DNA of 64,000 nucleotides from Obrimoposthia wandeli (GCA_977020255.1 CDROCS010004540.1:62001-126000); one strand, 5' to 3'; counted from the first letter of the stretch, positions 51,480 to 62,068 are shown. Notes: generated by a model not told the origin, from the letters alone. A program made the numbers and translations.

Positions 51480-52961
51480 ATGAAAATATCTACTGCTTCC
51501 TATAACTCATTCACCTTAAGCAATATTCGCTTTCCGTTATTTTGGCAAATGCTTTTGGCCATGACTCTTGTTCTATGCTTATCGATTGGGTTTCTCTGGG
51601 GATATTTGCAATTAAATTTCAACGACTTAATGCAAAAACAAACGGATACCTTCGCTAATACGATCACTCAACAAGCGGCTAATAGTGCAGCCGAGATGTT
51701 GATGGCGGATGATTATTTGGCTCTATCTTCCATGCTAGAAAATCTTGTACGCAGCAGTGATAATATTCTTTCTATTTCTATTCAGGATGATGCCAATACG
51801 ACCGTTGCTTTGGCCTTAGGATCATCAATGAAATTAACACTAGAGCCGCCTTTGGCATTGGAAGCGCCCTTGGCAATAAATAGCCATATTGATAGCGATA
51901 CAGAAATTAAGCATCACAGTATTTACTATCAGGCCGACATTATCTTCCACGAAGTAAAGGCAGGCTCGATTCAACTTAACCTTGATAATAGTGCAATAAG
52001 TGATTCTCTAACCAAGGCATTGCGAGCATTAGGGATGATCTTAATCGGCATCGTCTTTTTGGCTATAATCAGCAGTATATTAATTGCTAAAAAATTAACC
52101 CGTTCTTTAAAGCAACTGCAAGCCACGACTCAGCAAGTCGCAAAAGGTAACCTCTACCCGACTCTGCCGAGTGTTAACAATAATGAAGTCGGTGATTTGG
52201 TTAAAAGTTTTGAACACATGTTACAAGGATTACGCGATAAAGAATCCATTGAAAAAAAATTCAGTTCTTTTATTTCTAAAGACATCGCCAAAGATATTTT
52301 ATCGGATCTTAATCAGCATAAAAAGCCATTAAAAAGCGTTAATGGTTCGGTATTATTCGTTGACATAGTGGGTTTTACTCAGCTAAGCGAAAGCCAAAGT
52401 CCACAAAAAATTGCAGATATACTCAATCAATATTATTCGCTACTGCATCAGGTGAGTAAACTTTATTGGGGCAGTGTCGATAACTATATCGGTGATGGTG
52501 CCATGCTGACATTTGGCGTCCACGTTGACGACCCGAAACATACTATCAATGCGATTTGTGCAGCAAAAATATTCATACGTTTAAGCAAAGCATGGAATCA
52601 ACAACGTGTTAAAAATGAACTTCCAGAATTGCACTTTAGACTAGGTTTACACTGCGGTGATATGCTGGCCGGTGCTATTGGTGACCAAGGGCGCATGCAA
52701 TTTACAATTAGTGGCGATACCGTCAATGTCGCTGCACGATTGTGTGATTTAGCCAGCCCCAATAAACTAATGATCAGTGAAAGCATCTATCAGCACCCTG
52801 CTTGCGATGCATTACTCATAACAGAACCGAGTGAGAGCTTTAAACTGAAAGGAAAAACTCATCCAATTAACTGCTTCAGCGTGATTGCCTTAGCACCTCA
52901 ATTCAATCGTTTACTAATGCAACAAGAAAGCGAGTTAATAGCGATGCAAGAATATGTTTAA
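51480..52961 (+). CDS. Membrane class III adenylate/guanylate cyclase with HAMP domain
   Basis: Two TM segments, HAMP (NNEVGDL..F..M), FVDIVGFT, YIGDG, GLHCG, GDTVNVAARL. Confidence 0.9.
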   Translation: MKISTASYNSFTLSNIRFPLFWQMLLAMTLVLCLSIGFLWGYLQLNFNDLMQKQTDTFANTITQQAANSAAEMLMADDYLALSSMLENLVRSSDNILSISIQDDANTTVALALGSSMKLTLEPPLALEAPLAINSHIDSDTEIKHHSIYYQADIIFHEVKAGSIQLNLDNSAISDSLTKALRALGMILIGIVFLAIISSILIAKKLTRSLKQLQATTQQVAKGNLYPTLPSVNNNEVGDLVKSFEHMLQGLRDKESIEKKFSSFISKDIAKDILSDLNQHKKPLKSVNGSVLFVDIVGFTQLSESQSPQKIADILNQYYSLLHQVSKLYWGSVDNYIGDGAMLTFGVHVDDPKHTINAICAAKIFIRLSKAWNQQRVKNELPELHFRLGLHCGDMLAGAIGDQGRMQFTISGDTVNVAARLCDLASPNKLMISESIYQHPACDALLITEPSESFKLKGKTHPINCFSVIALAPQFNRLLMQQESELIAMQEYV

Positions 52962-54006
52962 CCGCCCTGCGGTCCTCTTATTAATATATTGCTCTGCGCT
53001 GCTAAGCGCTTGCGCCCATACACCTAGCCATTTTTGGTATACCAGCACAGAGCAATTAATTGAACAGCATCACTATCAAAAAGCCATAGAACAAATCAAT
53101 GCAGAAGTACCTTTTGATCCCGCTTTATTGCTAAGGGTAAAGAATCTGGCAGAACAACAACGAAAAAAACAAACCTCAAAAATCGCTCACCTGATCAAAC
53201 AAAAGAAGTGGGGAGAGGCTAGAGAGATACTCGAACACTTGCATACTAACCAGCCTAATCAAGCGTCTTTCGCCTCGCTGGAACTAATGATAAATAAGGC
53301 TCAGCTTGAAGAAGAGCGGTTAATTAATACACAACGGGCATTAGTAGAAGCTCAATTATTAGATATTCAATTTAGTCAACAAGACCTATCTGATCGTATA
53401 CACCTCAACAGAGTTAATTGGTTTTCTAACAGTAATTCGTTAATTACTCAGAAGCAAAAATTAGCCGAAACACTTTTGCACTTATCTACCCAAGCACTGC
53501 TTGTGAAAGATTATAAAAATGCTCAAAGAGCCTACAAAAAAGCCATTGAACTTGACCGTGAGCTAGGAACGGGGGAAATAACACAAGCAATCAATACTGG
53601 CCTTAGCAAACAGAATACCAAAGCGATTAATGAACGCCGCAACTCACTGATTAAACAATTGGACTTTGCTATTTCCACACAGAATTTTGAGTCGCTATTA
53701 AAAGTTCAAGAGATATTATCCCATGAACCTTTCCATGGCCCTGAAGTTGAAAATGCATTGAAGAAGGCGAAAAAAACTCGCCTAGAGCATGCGCGTAGAC
53801 TAGATGAAATTGCATCAAAGGAATATCGAAATGGAAATATTTCTCTTGCGGTCACTCAATGGCAGCAAGCGCTTTTATTAACCCCCTCAGATATCAGGAT
53901 ACAAGAGCGGTTAATAAGAGCACAAAAAGTACAACGTAAACTAAAAAAATTAACCGCAGCCGAAGAGAGCTCAGCTGTTATAAATAACGACCCGCTGACG
54001 CAATGA
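52954..54006 (+). CDS. TPR-like helical lipoprotein
   Basis: Lipobox LLSAC, TPR-like repeats (AQRAYKKAIELD; AVTQWQQALLLTP); overlaps the cyclase stop. Confidence 0.75.
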   Translation: MFNRPAVLLLIYCSALLSACAHTPSHFWYTSTEQLIEQHHYQKAIEQINAEVPFDPALLLRVKNLAEQQRKKQTSKIAHLIKQKKWGEAREILEHLHTNQPNQASFASLELMINKAQLEEERLINTQRALVEAQLLDIQFSQQDLSDRIHLNRVNWFSNSNSLITQKQKLAETLLHLSTQALLVKDYKNAQRAYKKAIELDRELGTGEITQAINTGLSKQNTKAINERRNSLIKQLDFAISTQNFESLLKVQEILSHEPFHGPEVENALKKAKKTRLEHARRLDEIASKEYRNGNISLAVTQWQQALLLTPSDIRIQERLIRAQKVQRKLKKLTAAEESSAVINNDPLTQ

Positions 54007-54430
54007 ATACCGTTAGCACTCCAAGGGCTAAATTCAACAATACCATTTTTCTAATAGTATTCAGATTTCCCCCTGCGTTTGGCCAGTCTTTTACCGTGAC
54101 AGCAGCTTTTAAGCGCTTAAAAGGCGCAAAATAAACATGCATAAATATCCCCATCATGATGTAACCCAATAGCATCATAATATGAACATGCTTACCGACA
54201 TTGGCTAAACCGCCCATTTGTGCCGCCATGTAATGACCACTAATAATCAACAGGATGATAGCAAGCCAGACCCAGTTAAAAAACTTTGAGAAAACCTGCA
54301 CCCATAGGGTTAATCTTAATGGTGGCTCTAAGACACTGGCCGCAACAGGCCTTAAAAATGAATAAGCGAAGAACATTCCGCCGACCCAAATTGTCGCCGC
54401 TAAGATATGGAGGCTAATGGCAATAAACAT
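53978..54430 (-). CDS. CopD/DUF4149-like membrane protein
   Basis: LHILAATIWVGGMFFA, four hydrophobic segments. Confidence 0.8.
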   Translation of the reverse strand: MFIAISLHILAATIWVGGMFFAYSFLRPVAASVLEPPLRLTLWVQVFSKFFNWVWLAIILLIISGHYMAAQMGGLANVGKHVHIMMLLGYIMMGIFMHVYFAPFKRLKAAVTVKDWPNAGGNLNTIRKMVLLNLALGVLTVFIASAGRYL

Positions 54431-54474
54431 AGAATTCCTTAGATATAATCAAAAGTTAAAATGGTTAACAGATA

Positions 54475-55410
54475 CTACCACTTAGCCGCTGCCAGTAATT
54501 GCGTTAATGCCTGCAACCCCTTGCCTTTATTACTAATTTTCCAAGCCATAAAGTATTCATGATGACTTATATTTGCAAGCTTCAGTTCTTTTAAGTCTCC
54601 GTTATCTAAATAGCGCTGAATTCGTTTACGAGGCATGTGGCCAATACCAATGCCGGCTAATATAGCTTCAAGTTTTTGATCTATATTTTGCACATAAAAA
54701 TTTTGCACATGAAAAACTTGGCCTGCACTGCCTAATCCTTGATTCGTTAGGCCTTCACTTCGGGCAACCTCAGACATCGAGGTATCATGGGTAATAATGC
54801 GTCTTAGCTTAGGCAGTATTGCTGCTAGCGCTTCGGTATCTTGCGCGAACGGGGCCTGAAAGTGTGACGCTGAAATAACCGGAATTAAGTCACTGTCTGC
54901 TATCGGTATTGCCCGAAAGCCTTTCTGTAATGGCACCGGTCCAGGTACACCGACTATTAGTTCGACTCGATCTTGATCAAGAGCTTCCCAACCACCATTG
55001 AGCACACTCTCTGATAGATCTATTTCAATACTATTATGCACGTCTAAAAAATCGGCTAATACTTGAAATAATACGGGAGAATTCAAGGTTGATTCCATCG
55101 CGACTCGTATTTTAGGTTCCCAGCCAGTCGCGACTTCTTTGGCGGTATTGGCTAAACGAGAGGTGGCTAGCAGAATCTTGCGCCCTTCTTGCAGTATCAA
55201 TTGCCCTGCTGGGGTTAATACTGAGCGTCGCCCTTGGCGCTGAAACAAGGCGATGTCTAATTGCTCCTCTAACTTCTGTACGGCATAGGAAACCGCTGAG
55301 GTCGCTTTATTCAGCTCTTCAGACGCTTTTGCATAGCTTCCACGCCTATCGATCGCGTCTAAGGTCTCTAAAACCTCAATAGTGATTGGATTTCTGCTGC
55401 TCATAGCCAA
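54475..55410 (-). CDS. LysR-family regulator (YhaJ-like)
   Basis: LDAIDRRGSYAKASEEL..SAVSYAVQKLE, GWEP; divergent from GST/pirin. Confidence 0.92.
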   Translation of the reverse strand: MAMSSRNPITIEVLETLDAIDRRGSYAKASEELNKATSAVSYAVQKLEEQLDIALFQRQGRRSVLTPAGQLILQEGRKILLATSRLANTAKEVATGWEPKIRVAMESTLNSPVLFQVLADFLDVHNSIEIDLSESVLNGGWEALDQDRVELIVGVPGPVPLQKGFRAIPIADSDLIPVISASHFQAPFAQDTEALAAILPKLRRIITHDTSMSEVARSEGLTNQGLGSAGQVFHVQNFYVQNIDQKLEAILAGIGIGHMPRKRIQRYLDNGDLKELKLANISHHEYFMAWKISNKGKGLQALTQLLAAAKW

Positions 55411-55420
55411 CTTCCATTGT

Positions 55421-55433
55421 TCTAATATTTAGA
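55421..55433. promoter_or_regulatory. LysR T-N11-A box
   Basis: TCTA-ATATT-TAGA palindrome immediately upstream of the LysR start codon. Confidence 0.5.
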
Positions 55434-55541
55434 TCATTCTAAACAGATAATGCCTCTTATTGGAAATTTTTAGTGCTCTATAATGATTACATCAGATCAG
55501 AAAGTGGTCGTTTCAATTATAGATATCAGAGGTAGAAGATC

Positions 55542-56531
55542 ATGGGATTAATACAAAACGGCCAATGGGTTGATCAGTGGTACGACACCAAAAACAGCGG
55601 CGGTGAGTTTCGTCGTCAAGACAGTCGCTTCAGAAGCTGGTTAACCGCAGATGGCAGCACTTTGCCTAATAGCGAAACAGGCTCCAATAGCCAAGCTGGA
55701 TTTAAAGCCGAGAAAGGTCGTTATCATTTGTATGTATCCTTGGCCTGCCCATGGGCCCATCGCACATTGATCTTTCGTGAATTGAAAAACTTGCAAGAGT
55801 ATATTGATGTCACCGTAGTCGATGCGATCATGCTGGAAAACGGTTGGGAATTTCCAGAGTCTCAGCCAGAGCCACTATACAATTTCAAATACGCTTATGA
55901 GCTTTATTTAAAAGCGGACAGCAATTATGAAGGTCGCGTTACCGTTCCTATTTTATGGGATAAAAAAACAGAAACGATTGTCAGTAATGAGTCGTCTGAA
56001 ATTATTCGTATGTTTAATTCTGCGTTTAATCATTTAACGGGCAATACCGATGATTATTACCCAGCAGATTTGCATGAGTCGATTCATGCAGTTAATGACC
56101 GTGTGTATGACAGCATTAATAATGGTGTTTATCGCGCAGGTTTTGCGACGACACAAGAAGCTTATGAAAGCGCTTTCCATCAATTATTTGATGCACTGGA
56201 TTGGGTAGAAAATTTACTCTCTAAGCAGCGTTATTTGGTTGGCCAAACATTAACCGAAGCAGACTGGCGTTTATTTACGACGCTTATTCGTTTTGATGCG
56301 GTTTATTTTGGACACTTTAAAACCAACAGACAGATGATTGCCGATTACCCTGCGATTAGTGGTTATGTACGCGAGCTGTATCAAGTACCTGGCGTGGCTG
56401 AAACGGTGAGTTTTGATCATATCAAAACACATTATTACGCTAGCCACCTTACGATTAATCCAACAGGCATAGTTCCTTTAGGGCCTGAGCAGGACTTTAA
56501 TTTACCCCATTGCCGTGAACTCCTGAGCTAG
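55542..56531 (+). CDS. yqjG: Glutathionyl-hydroquinone reductase (YqjG-like GST)
   Basis: GRYHLYVSLACPWAHR, VTVPILWD, NESSEII, NNGVY.AGFA. Confidence 0.9.
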   Translation: MGLIQNGQWVDQWYDTKNSGGEFRRQDSRFRSWLTADGSTLPNSETGSNSQAGFKAEKGRYHLYVSLACPWAHRTLIFRELKNLQEYIDVTVVDAIMLENGWEFPESQPEPLYNFKYAYELYLKADSNYEGRVTVPILWDKKTETIVSNESSEIIRMFNSAFNHLTGNTDDYYPADLHESIHAVNDRVYDSINNGVYRAGFATTQEAYESAFHQLFDALDWVENLLSKQRYLVGQTLTEADWRLFTTLIRFDAVYFGHFKTNRQMIADYPAISGYVRELYQVPGVAETVSFDHIKTHYYASHLTINPTGIVPLGPEQDFNLPHCRELLS

Positions 56532-56571
56532 ATAACAGAGCTAGATAACAGGATTAGAAATAGGAATAATT

Positions 56572-57282
56572 ATGTTTTATTTTCGAGCCGCACAGGCGCG
56601 AGGCAAAGCCAACTTTGGTTGGTTAAACAGCCAGCACACTTTTTCGTTTGGCGATTATTACGATCCCGATCATATGGGCATCTCAGTATTAAGAGTCATC
56701 AATGATGACATCGTCGCGCCGGGTGCTGGCTTTGGTGAACACGGACATCGCGATATGGAAATTATCTCTTATATTTTAGAGGGCTCAATAGAACACAAAG
56801 ACAGCATGGGAAATCAGTTCATTGTGCCTGCGGGCGACGTGCAAAGAATGAGCGCCGGCACAGGGGTTAGGCACTCTGAATTCAATGCGTCTAAAACAGA
56901 ACCGTTGAAGTTTTTACAAATATGGATCAGCCCTAATGTAAAAGGTGTAGAGCCTAGCTATGAGCAGATGCCTGTCGTGCAGTCTTCAACGATGACCCCT
57001 CTGGTGACTCCTGATGGTCGTGACGGCAGCCTTAGCATCAATCAAGATGCCAGCCTCTTCCGTTTGCAGTTACTGGCTGGAGAAAGCTATGATTTAGTCG
57101 CCAAAAAACATGTCGGTTATCTGCAAGTTATTGCTGGTGATGCCATTTGTGAGCAGCCTGTATTAAATGGACAAGGTGCATTAAAGCCCGGCGATGGCCT
57201 AGGTATAATAAAAGATCAACTAGCGATTACTGCAGGGCATGAAGGCTTAATCGCACTTTGGTTTGACTTACCTTCAAAATAA
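56572..57282 (+). CDS. Pirin-family protein
   Basis: HTFSF..YYDP, HGHRDMEIISY, EHKDSMGN, MSAGTGVRHSE. Confidence 0.92.
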   Translation: MFYFRAAQARGKANFGWLNSQHTFSFGDYYDPDHMGISVLRVINDDIVAPGAGFGEHGHRDMEIISYILEGSIEHKDSMGNQFIVPAGDVQRMSAGTGVRHSEFNASKTEPLKFLQIWISPNVKGVEPSYEQMPVVQSSTMTPLVTPDGRDGSLSINQDASLFRLQLLAGESYDLVAKKHVGYLQVIAGDAICEQPVLNGQGALKPGDGLGIIKDQLAITAGHEGLIALWFDLPSK

Positions 57283-57320
57283 TTACGCTTTAAATAACAT
57301 CAACGATAAAATTAAAAACC

Positions 57321-58112
57321 ATGAATACACCTGAAGATCTAACGCTACTCTGGAGCAATTCGATATTGCTGGGCAGCCCGCTATTTTGGGGGTTAGCCAT
57401 TGTTGGTGTGCTTTTAACCGGTATTTCAAAATCGGGGTTTGCCGGTGGCGCTGGTGTTATTGCTGTGCCGCTATTATCACTGGTGATTCCAGTGCCTATG
57501 GCTGCCGCATTAATGTTACCGCTGCTGATTATCATGGATGCTAAATCAATTCACTATTATTGGCGCTCGGTTCGCTGGCAAGAATTAAAAACGATCGCAC
57601 CAGCTGCATTGATCGGTATTGGTGTGGGGGCTTATTTATTAGGGGAATTACCCAGCAATTTATTACAGCTTTTACTCGGTGTATTTTGTATCGTATTTGC
57701 ACTGTGGAAAAAGCTAACGCCGCTATTGGGTCGCCTGCCTTATGCTGGATTAATTTGGGGAGCGGTCTCAGGATTGACCAGTACACTGTTACATTCTGGT
57801 GGTCCGCCGATCAATATTTATTTGGCGACTCGGCAATTACCAAAACGTAATTGGTTGGCAACGGCGGCGGTATTTTTTGCCATAATGAATGTGATTAAAA
57901 TAATACCGTATAGCTTAACGGGTCAGTGGAAGTCGGACTTACCTGTTCCCGATTTGTTGCTGATCGATATTCTTTTATTACCCGTAAGCCTTATCGGTGT
58001 ATGGCTGGGATATCGTTTACATACAAAAATTAGCGAAGAGCATTTTATGCTGGCTTGTAAAAGCTTGTTGTTTCTTTCAGGGGTAGGCTTATTAAGCAGC
58101 GCAATGATATGA
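57321..58112 (+). CDS. TauE/SafE-family membrane transporter
   Basis: GISKSGFAGGAG, HSGGPP, 8 hydrophobic segments. Confidence 0.88.
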   Translation: MNTPEDLTLLWSNSILLGSPLFWGLAIVGVLLTGISKSGFAGGAGVIAVPLLSLVIPVPMAAALMLPLLIIMDAKSIHYYWRSVRWQELKTIAPAALIGIGVGAYLLGELPSNLLQLLLGVFCIVFALWKKLTPLLGRLPYAGLIWGAVSGLTSTLLHSGGPPINIYLATRQLPKRNWLATAAVFFAIMNVIKIIPYSLTGQWKSDLPVPDLLLIDILLLPVSLIGVWLGYRLHTKISEEHFMLACKSLLFLSGVGLLSSAMI

Positions 58113-58168
58113 CAGTCGCCTAGACTGAAGAGAAGAAGGATGTGTAAATCGTAAATAGAGAGCCTAAT

Positions 58169-58381
58169 ATGTTACCCCAGTTTTCCTTACCCGTGTATTT
58201 GTCGGCAGTAAAAGTTGCCCTAGTCGTAGGCACTATTTTATTACTAATCAATCAATATGATGCGTTATTTTTTGATACTGAGATACGTTGGTTTTCTGCA
58301 CTATTAACCTACTGCGTGCCCTTTGTCGTATTTTTACTGGGTCGTAAAAACGCGAACTCGAGCAACTCAGCAGATGAATAA
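58169..58381 (+). CDS. NrtS-family small membrane protein
   Basis: KVALVVGTILLLINQ..LTYCVPF signature. Confidence 0.78.
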   Translation: MLPQFSLPVYLSAVKVALVVGTILLLINQYDALFFDTEIRWFSALLTYCVPFVVFLLGRKNANSSNSADE

Positions 58382-58393
58382 CTTTAGCCCTGA

Positions 58394-59068
58394 CTATCTC
58401 GGTGGATCAATACGATCGAATACCGAGGCATTGATTCGAAACCAGCCCGCAATAGAATAGCGATCTCGGTTTGCCGCTAAGACTTCGTGAGGAAATTCTT
58501 CACTCAAGAAGGTCACTACGGTACCAAATAACGGCACCACTTTTATCCCGTCTTTGTCGTGATCATTTTCATAGATCACTAGTTCGCCGCCATCAGTCGC
58601 TGTCCAGCCTGAATTAAAATAGGCCACAACCGATAATACTCGGTTAGCCTCGCCTTTAAATGCATCGTAGTGGCGCTTGTAATAGTCTCCTGGCCCATAG
58701 TGGGAAAAGTGACTTTCAAATGAGAATAGGCCTAAAAATAAGCGACGATTTAAAAAGGTTTGTAAACTGGCTGACCAATCTAGCCAATCCCTTCCTATTT
58801 CTGTTTCACCATTAATCCAGCAAATTTCATCGGTTCTTACAAACTCATTTTCAAGGTAGGCATCACCTCGACCAATACCTGCTTTTTTAAATTTTTCAGC
58901 CGCAAGTGATTGCTGGTGATTAAACAGCTCACAGGCTAAAGCTTCAGGTAGTGCACCATGACGAATGCTGTAACCTTGATTTTCAATATCTTGAGCGATA
59001 AGACCAAAAAGCGTTTCGTCGTTTGTGCTATTTCCATCGATCGATGAAAGTTGATTGAGGGCTACCAA
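58394..59068 (-). CDS. 2OG-Fe(II) oxygenase (prolyl-hydroxylase-like)
   Basis: HYDAF (HxD), GGEL, HEV, RYSIAGW. Confidence 0.9.
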   Translation of the reverse strand: MVALNQLSSIDGNSTNDETLFGLIAQDIENQGYSIRHGALPEALACELFNHQQSLAAEKFKKAGIGRGDAYLENEFVRTDEICWINGETEIGRDWLDWSASLQTFLNRRLFLGLFSFESHFSHYGPGDYYKRHYDAFKGEANRVLSVVAYFNSGWTATDGGELVIYENDHDKDGIKVVPLFGTVVTFLSEEFPHEVLAANRDRYSIAGWFRINASVFDRIDPPR

Positions 59069-59310
59069 GCTACATACCTTTTAATGTAATTAATTCACGT
59101 AAGACAATTTTAAAAGCGGCGCACAGAAGTATGATTGCTAGATTAGTGGCAATTAATGACTATTTTTTTGGGGGATTGGGAAATAAGAGAAAATAATGTT
59201 CTGCCGAGATATCCAGATAGGATAGAAGTTCGAACAGTCAATAAAACGAATGGGGGCACAAAGCAGTGGACGGCAAGCCGACCAACTGCTTCACGTGCTT
59301 AGGCTGGAGC

Positions 59311-59517
59311 TTAGATAGCTACAACTTTATTTGCACAAGGTCCTTTCTGACCTTCGCCAACTTCAAATTCAACAGCTTGGCCGTCGTTCAAAGTTGCGTA
59401 ACCGCCACCAGCTTGGATTTCTGAATGGTGTACAAAAAGATCCTTGCTGCCATCTTCAGGTGTAATAAAACCGAAACCTTTATCGGCATTAAACCACTTA
59501 ACGATACCTTTACTCAT
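59311..59517 (-). CDS. Cold-shock protein (CspA family)
   Basis: [16 protein letters not shown] (RNP1), LFVHHS (RNP2). Confidence 0.95.
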   Translation of the reverse strand: MSKGIVKWFNADKGFGFITPEDGSKDLFVHHSEIQAGGGYATLNDGQAVEFEVGEGQKGPCANKVVAI

Positions 59518-59912
59518 GCTCATTTACTCTTCATTATTGGTGAAATATTTAAGTTACGCTCGAATTCACCAGTTCGGGCATAAAGACGTGATAAAGAGTC
59601 CTAACTAAGCTGCAGAACAACCTAGTCGGATACATTTACCTTAATCTAACTAGACAATCACATATTTATGATCAAGTTACAACTATTTGATGCATTAAAT
59701 ATATGACTAAACTTCATTTTTTGCTTAACAAACCCTAATTATAGGTCCAACATCGAACGAATTTTCACTCTAGTTACCGTATTATAGGCTGGCTGATAAA
59801 CCGAGAATACCGGCTATGTTATTAAAAAATAACGTTTTTAATAACACTATTGACCTGTGTGTAGGTCCTACATCTATAGTCTGTACTACTTATTAAAAGA
59901 GAATATTTATTT

Positions 59913-60923
59913 ATGATGGTATTGATCGATAATTTTATTTTACTGTTCACAGAATCAGCCCCATATTTATTATTGGGATTATTGCTTGCGGGTATTATTC
60001 GTATGCTGGTGCCTGACAGCTGGATCACTAAGTTTTTGGGCAAAAACAGCTCGGTAGTGACCGCCGCTATAATCGGCACACCTTTACCGTTGTGCTCCTG
60101 CTCAGTCATCCCTACCGCTATCGGCATTCGTCGAGCAGGCGCTAGCAAGGCCAGTACCGCAAGTTTTATGGTTGCCACACCAGAAACGGGAGTTGACTCT
60201 ATTGGCGTCACGTTAGCTCTTATGGGGCCTGTGATGGCAATTGCCCGCCCTATCTCTGCCATTATTTCTGCAATTGCGGCCGGAACCCTCGTTCGCCTTT
60301 GGGATACTGAAACGCCACCTATTCAAGAAGAAGCAGTGAAAAGCTGCTGTGGCGGTAAAAAGGAAGCATTAGGTTTCAGCCAGAAAATGAAGAACGCCGT
60401 GGTTTATGGCTATGGTAAATTATTATCTGACTTTATGGGTTGGTTACTGATCGGCATCGGATTTGCCGCTCTGATCCAGACCTATGTCCCACCGACGCTA
60501 TTAAGTGAATATGGCAACGGTATCTTTGCCATGCTTGTGGCCGTGGTCATTTCAATTCCTATGTATATTTGTGCCACCGCATCCACACCGGTGGCGGCCG
60601 GTTTGATGTTATCGGGAATTTCCCCCGGTGCCGCGTTGGTATTTATGCTTACGGGCCCAGCTACGAACATTGCGACCTTGATGGTGGTGAAAAATGAATT
60701 GGGCATTAGGTCGCTAATGGGTTATCTAACGGGTGTTATCGTTACGGCGCTGGTTATGGGCTTAACCCTTGATTGGATGGTTGAGTACTTTCAATTAACG
60801 ATTGAGGTTAGCCAAGGTGAGCATGGGGATATGACATCTATTCTTTATTCAGCTTCGTCCATTATTTTAGCGACCTTGATTGCTTGGCAGTATGGAAAAA
60901 AGTTAAAAACTAAGTTCGCTTAA
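59913..60923 (+). CDS. Predicted metal permease (SO_0444-like Cu/Zn efflux family)
   Basis: PLPLCSCSVIP, ATPETGVDS, MYICATASTP, GPATN. Confidence 0.85.
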   Translation: MMVLIDNFILLFTESAPYLLLGLLLAGIIRMLVPDSWITKFLGKNSSVVTAAIIGTPLPLCSCSVIPTAIGIRRAGASKASTASFMVATPETGVDSIGVTLALMGPVMAIARPISAIISAIAAGTLVRLWDTETPPIQEEAVKSCCGGKKEALGFSQKMKNAVVYGYGKLLSDFMGWLLIGIGFAALIQTYVPPTLLSEYGNGIFAMLVAVVISIPMYICATASTPVAAGLMLSGISPGAALVFMLTGPATNIATLMVVKNELGIRSLMGYLTGVIVTALVMGLTLDWMVEYFQLTIEVSQGEHGDMTSILYSASSIILATLIAWQYGKKLKTKFA

Positions 60924-61012
60924 TGATTTTCAATTTAGATGAAACTAAAAACCCTAATCATGCGTATACAGAGGAATAGTAAACCGCGCTCACTGATTAG
61001 TAGAAAATTATT

Positions 61013-62068
61013 ATGAAGCTAGATATTGAAACCCTACTTGATGGCGAAAAGGCCCTAGCGAATGCACCCAAAACTGTATTAGCTGATGGTCGTTTCTGTA
61101 TTCCACAGCACTATTTAAGCTACCAACACAGCTTACAGTCTGTGGAGCAATTACTACTGGATATTGATTTTGACCCTCGCTATCCGATATTTGCCAGCCA
61201 AGATGAAACGGGGATCTATGTGCAGGTCGGTATTATTGGTGTAGATAATTACAAGTCAGCCAGTAACGCACAAGAAAAAGTGGTGTATGGGCGCAAGTGG
61301 CGCGTAGAACCTCAGCTGCCATCTTCTGAAATCATACAGACGGTTTTTTTAGCATTAAAAAAAGCTCGCGAGCACGAAGTTCGTGAACTGTTTAGGGTCG
61401 TGCTTCAAGATAAGATAACCACGCCTTTTAATAATCATCACGACCTGCCATTGCTTACCAATAGCCGAGAGCGCTTGCAGCCAAAAACAAAAGACTCTTA
61501 TCTGAAATCTCAAGTATTATTTCAACTAGAAATCAAGCAAACACTTGATTCGATTCAGTACGATGGTGTGCAGTTTGAGCTGATAGAGTTGCTGCTTAGG
61601 CCCACGGGGGAGTATCTGGTTGAGCTAAAACTATTGCCTCAAGCAGGTCGTCAGTTAACCGAACTTTCGGGCACTGATTACATCAGTTTTATGCTGGCCA
61701 AACCGACGGTTAATTATTTCACCCACCAACTTATGCAGCATTTTATTCAATTAAGCGATCGCTATATTGATGAACAGTTTCATTACAGAGGGTTTAATCG
61801 CTTTAGTTGGGGAAATGATGTGACCGCCATTGCTCAACTATCAACAGAGGTTCGCCAACTTCATAAATCGACTGATTTAGACGGTTTTAATCAGCACTGG
61901 CAGCAAAGTAATTATGAAACCGATCGCAGTCGTATTCCTGTACTTTCTGCTGGGCCTCTCTGGTACAAGCTTAAGCGCCAGCTAGAATCGTTTTCTCCGA
62001 TTGAAAGCACACTGCCTATTAAAAGCAGCCTGCCTATCCCTTCTCAGCCCATTACTTCTCAGCTATAG
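61013..62068 (+). CDS. Conserved hypothetical protein
   Basis: 351-aa ORF with conserved-looking YGRKWRVEPQLPSSEIIQTVFLALKKAREHEVRELF block. Confidence 0.75.
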   Translation: MKLDIETLLDGEKALANAPKTVLADGRFCIPQHYLSYQHSLQSVEQLLLDIDFDPRYPIFASQDETGIYVQVGIIGVDNYKSASNAQEKVVYGRKWRVEPQLPSSEIIQTVFLALKKAREHEVRELFRVVLQDKITTPFNNHHDLPLLTNSRERLQPKTKDSYLKSQVLFQLEIKQTLDSIQYDGVQFELIELLLRPTGEYLVELKLLPQAGRQLTELSGTDYISFMLAKPTVNYFTHQLMQHFIQLSDRYIDEQFHYRGFNRFSWGNDVTAIAQLSTEVRQLHKSTDLDGFNQHWQQSNYETDRSRIPVLSAGPLWYKLKRQLESFSPIESTLPIKSSLPIPSQPITSQL

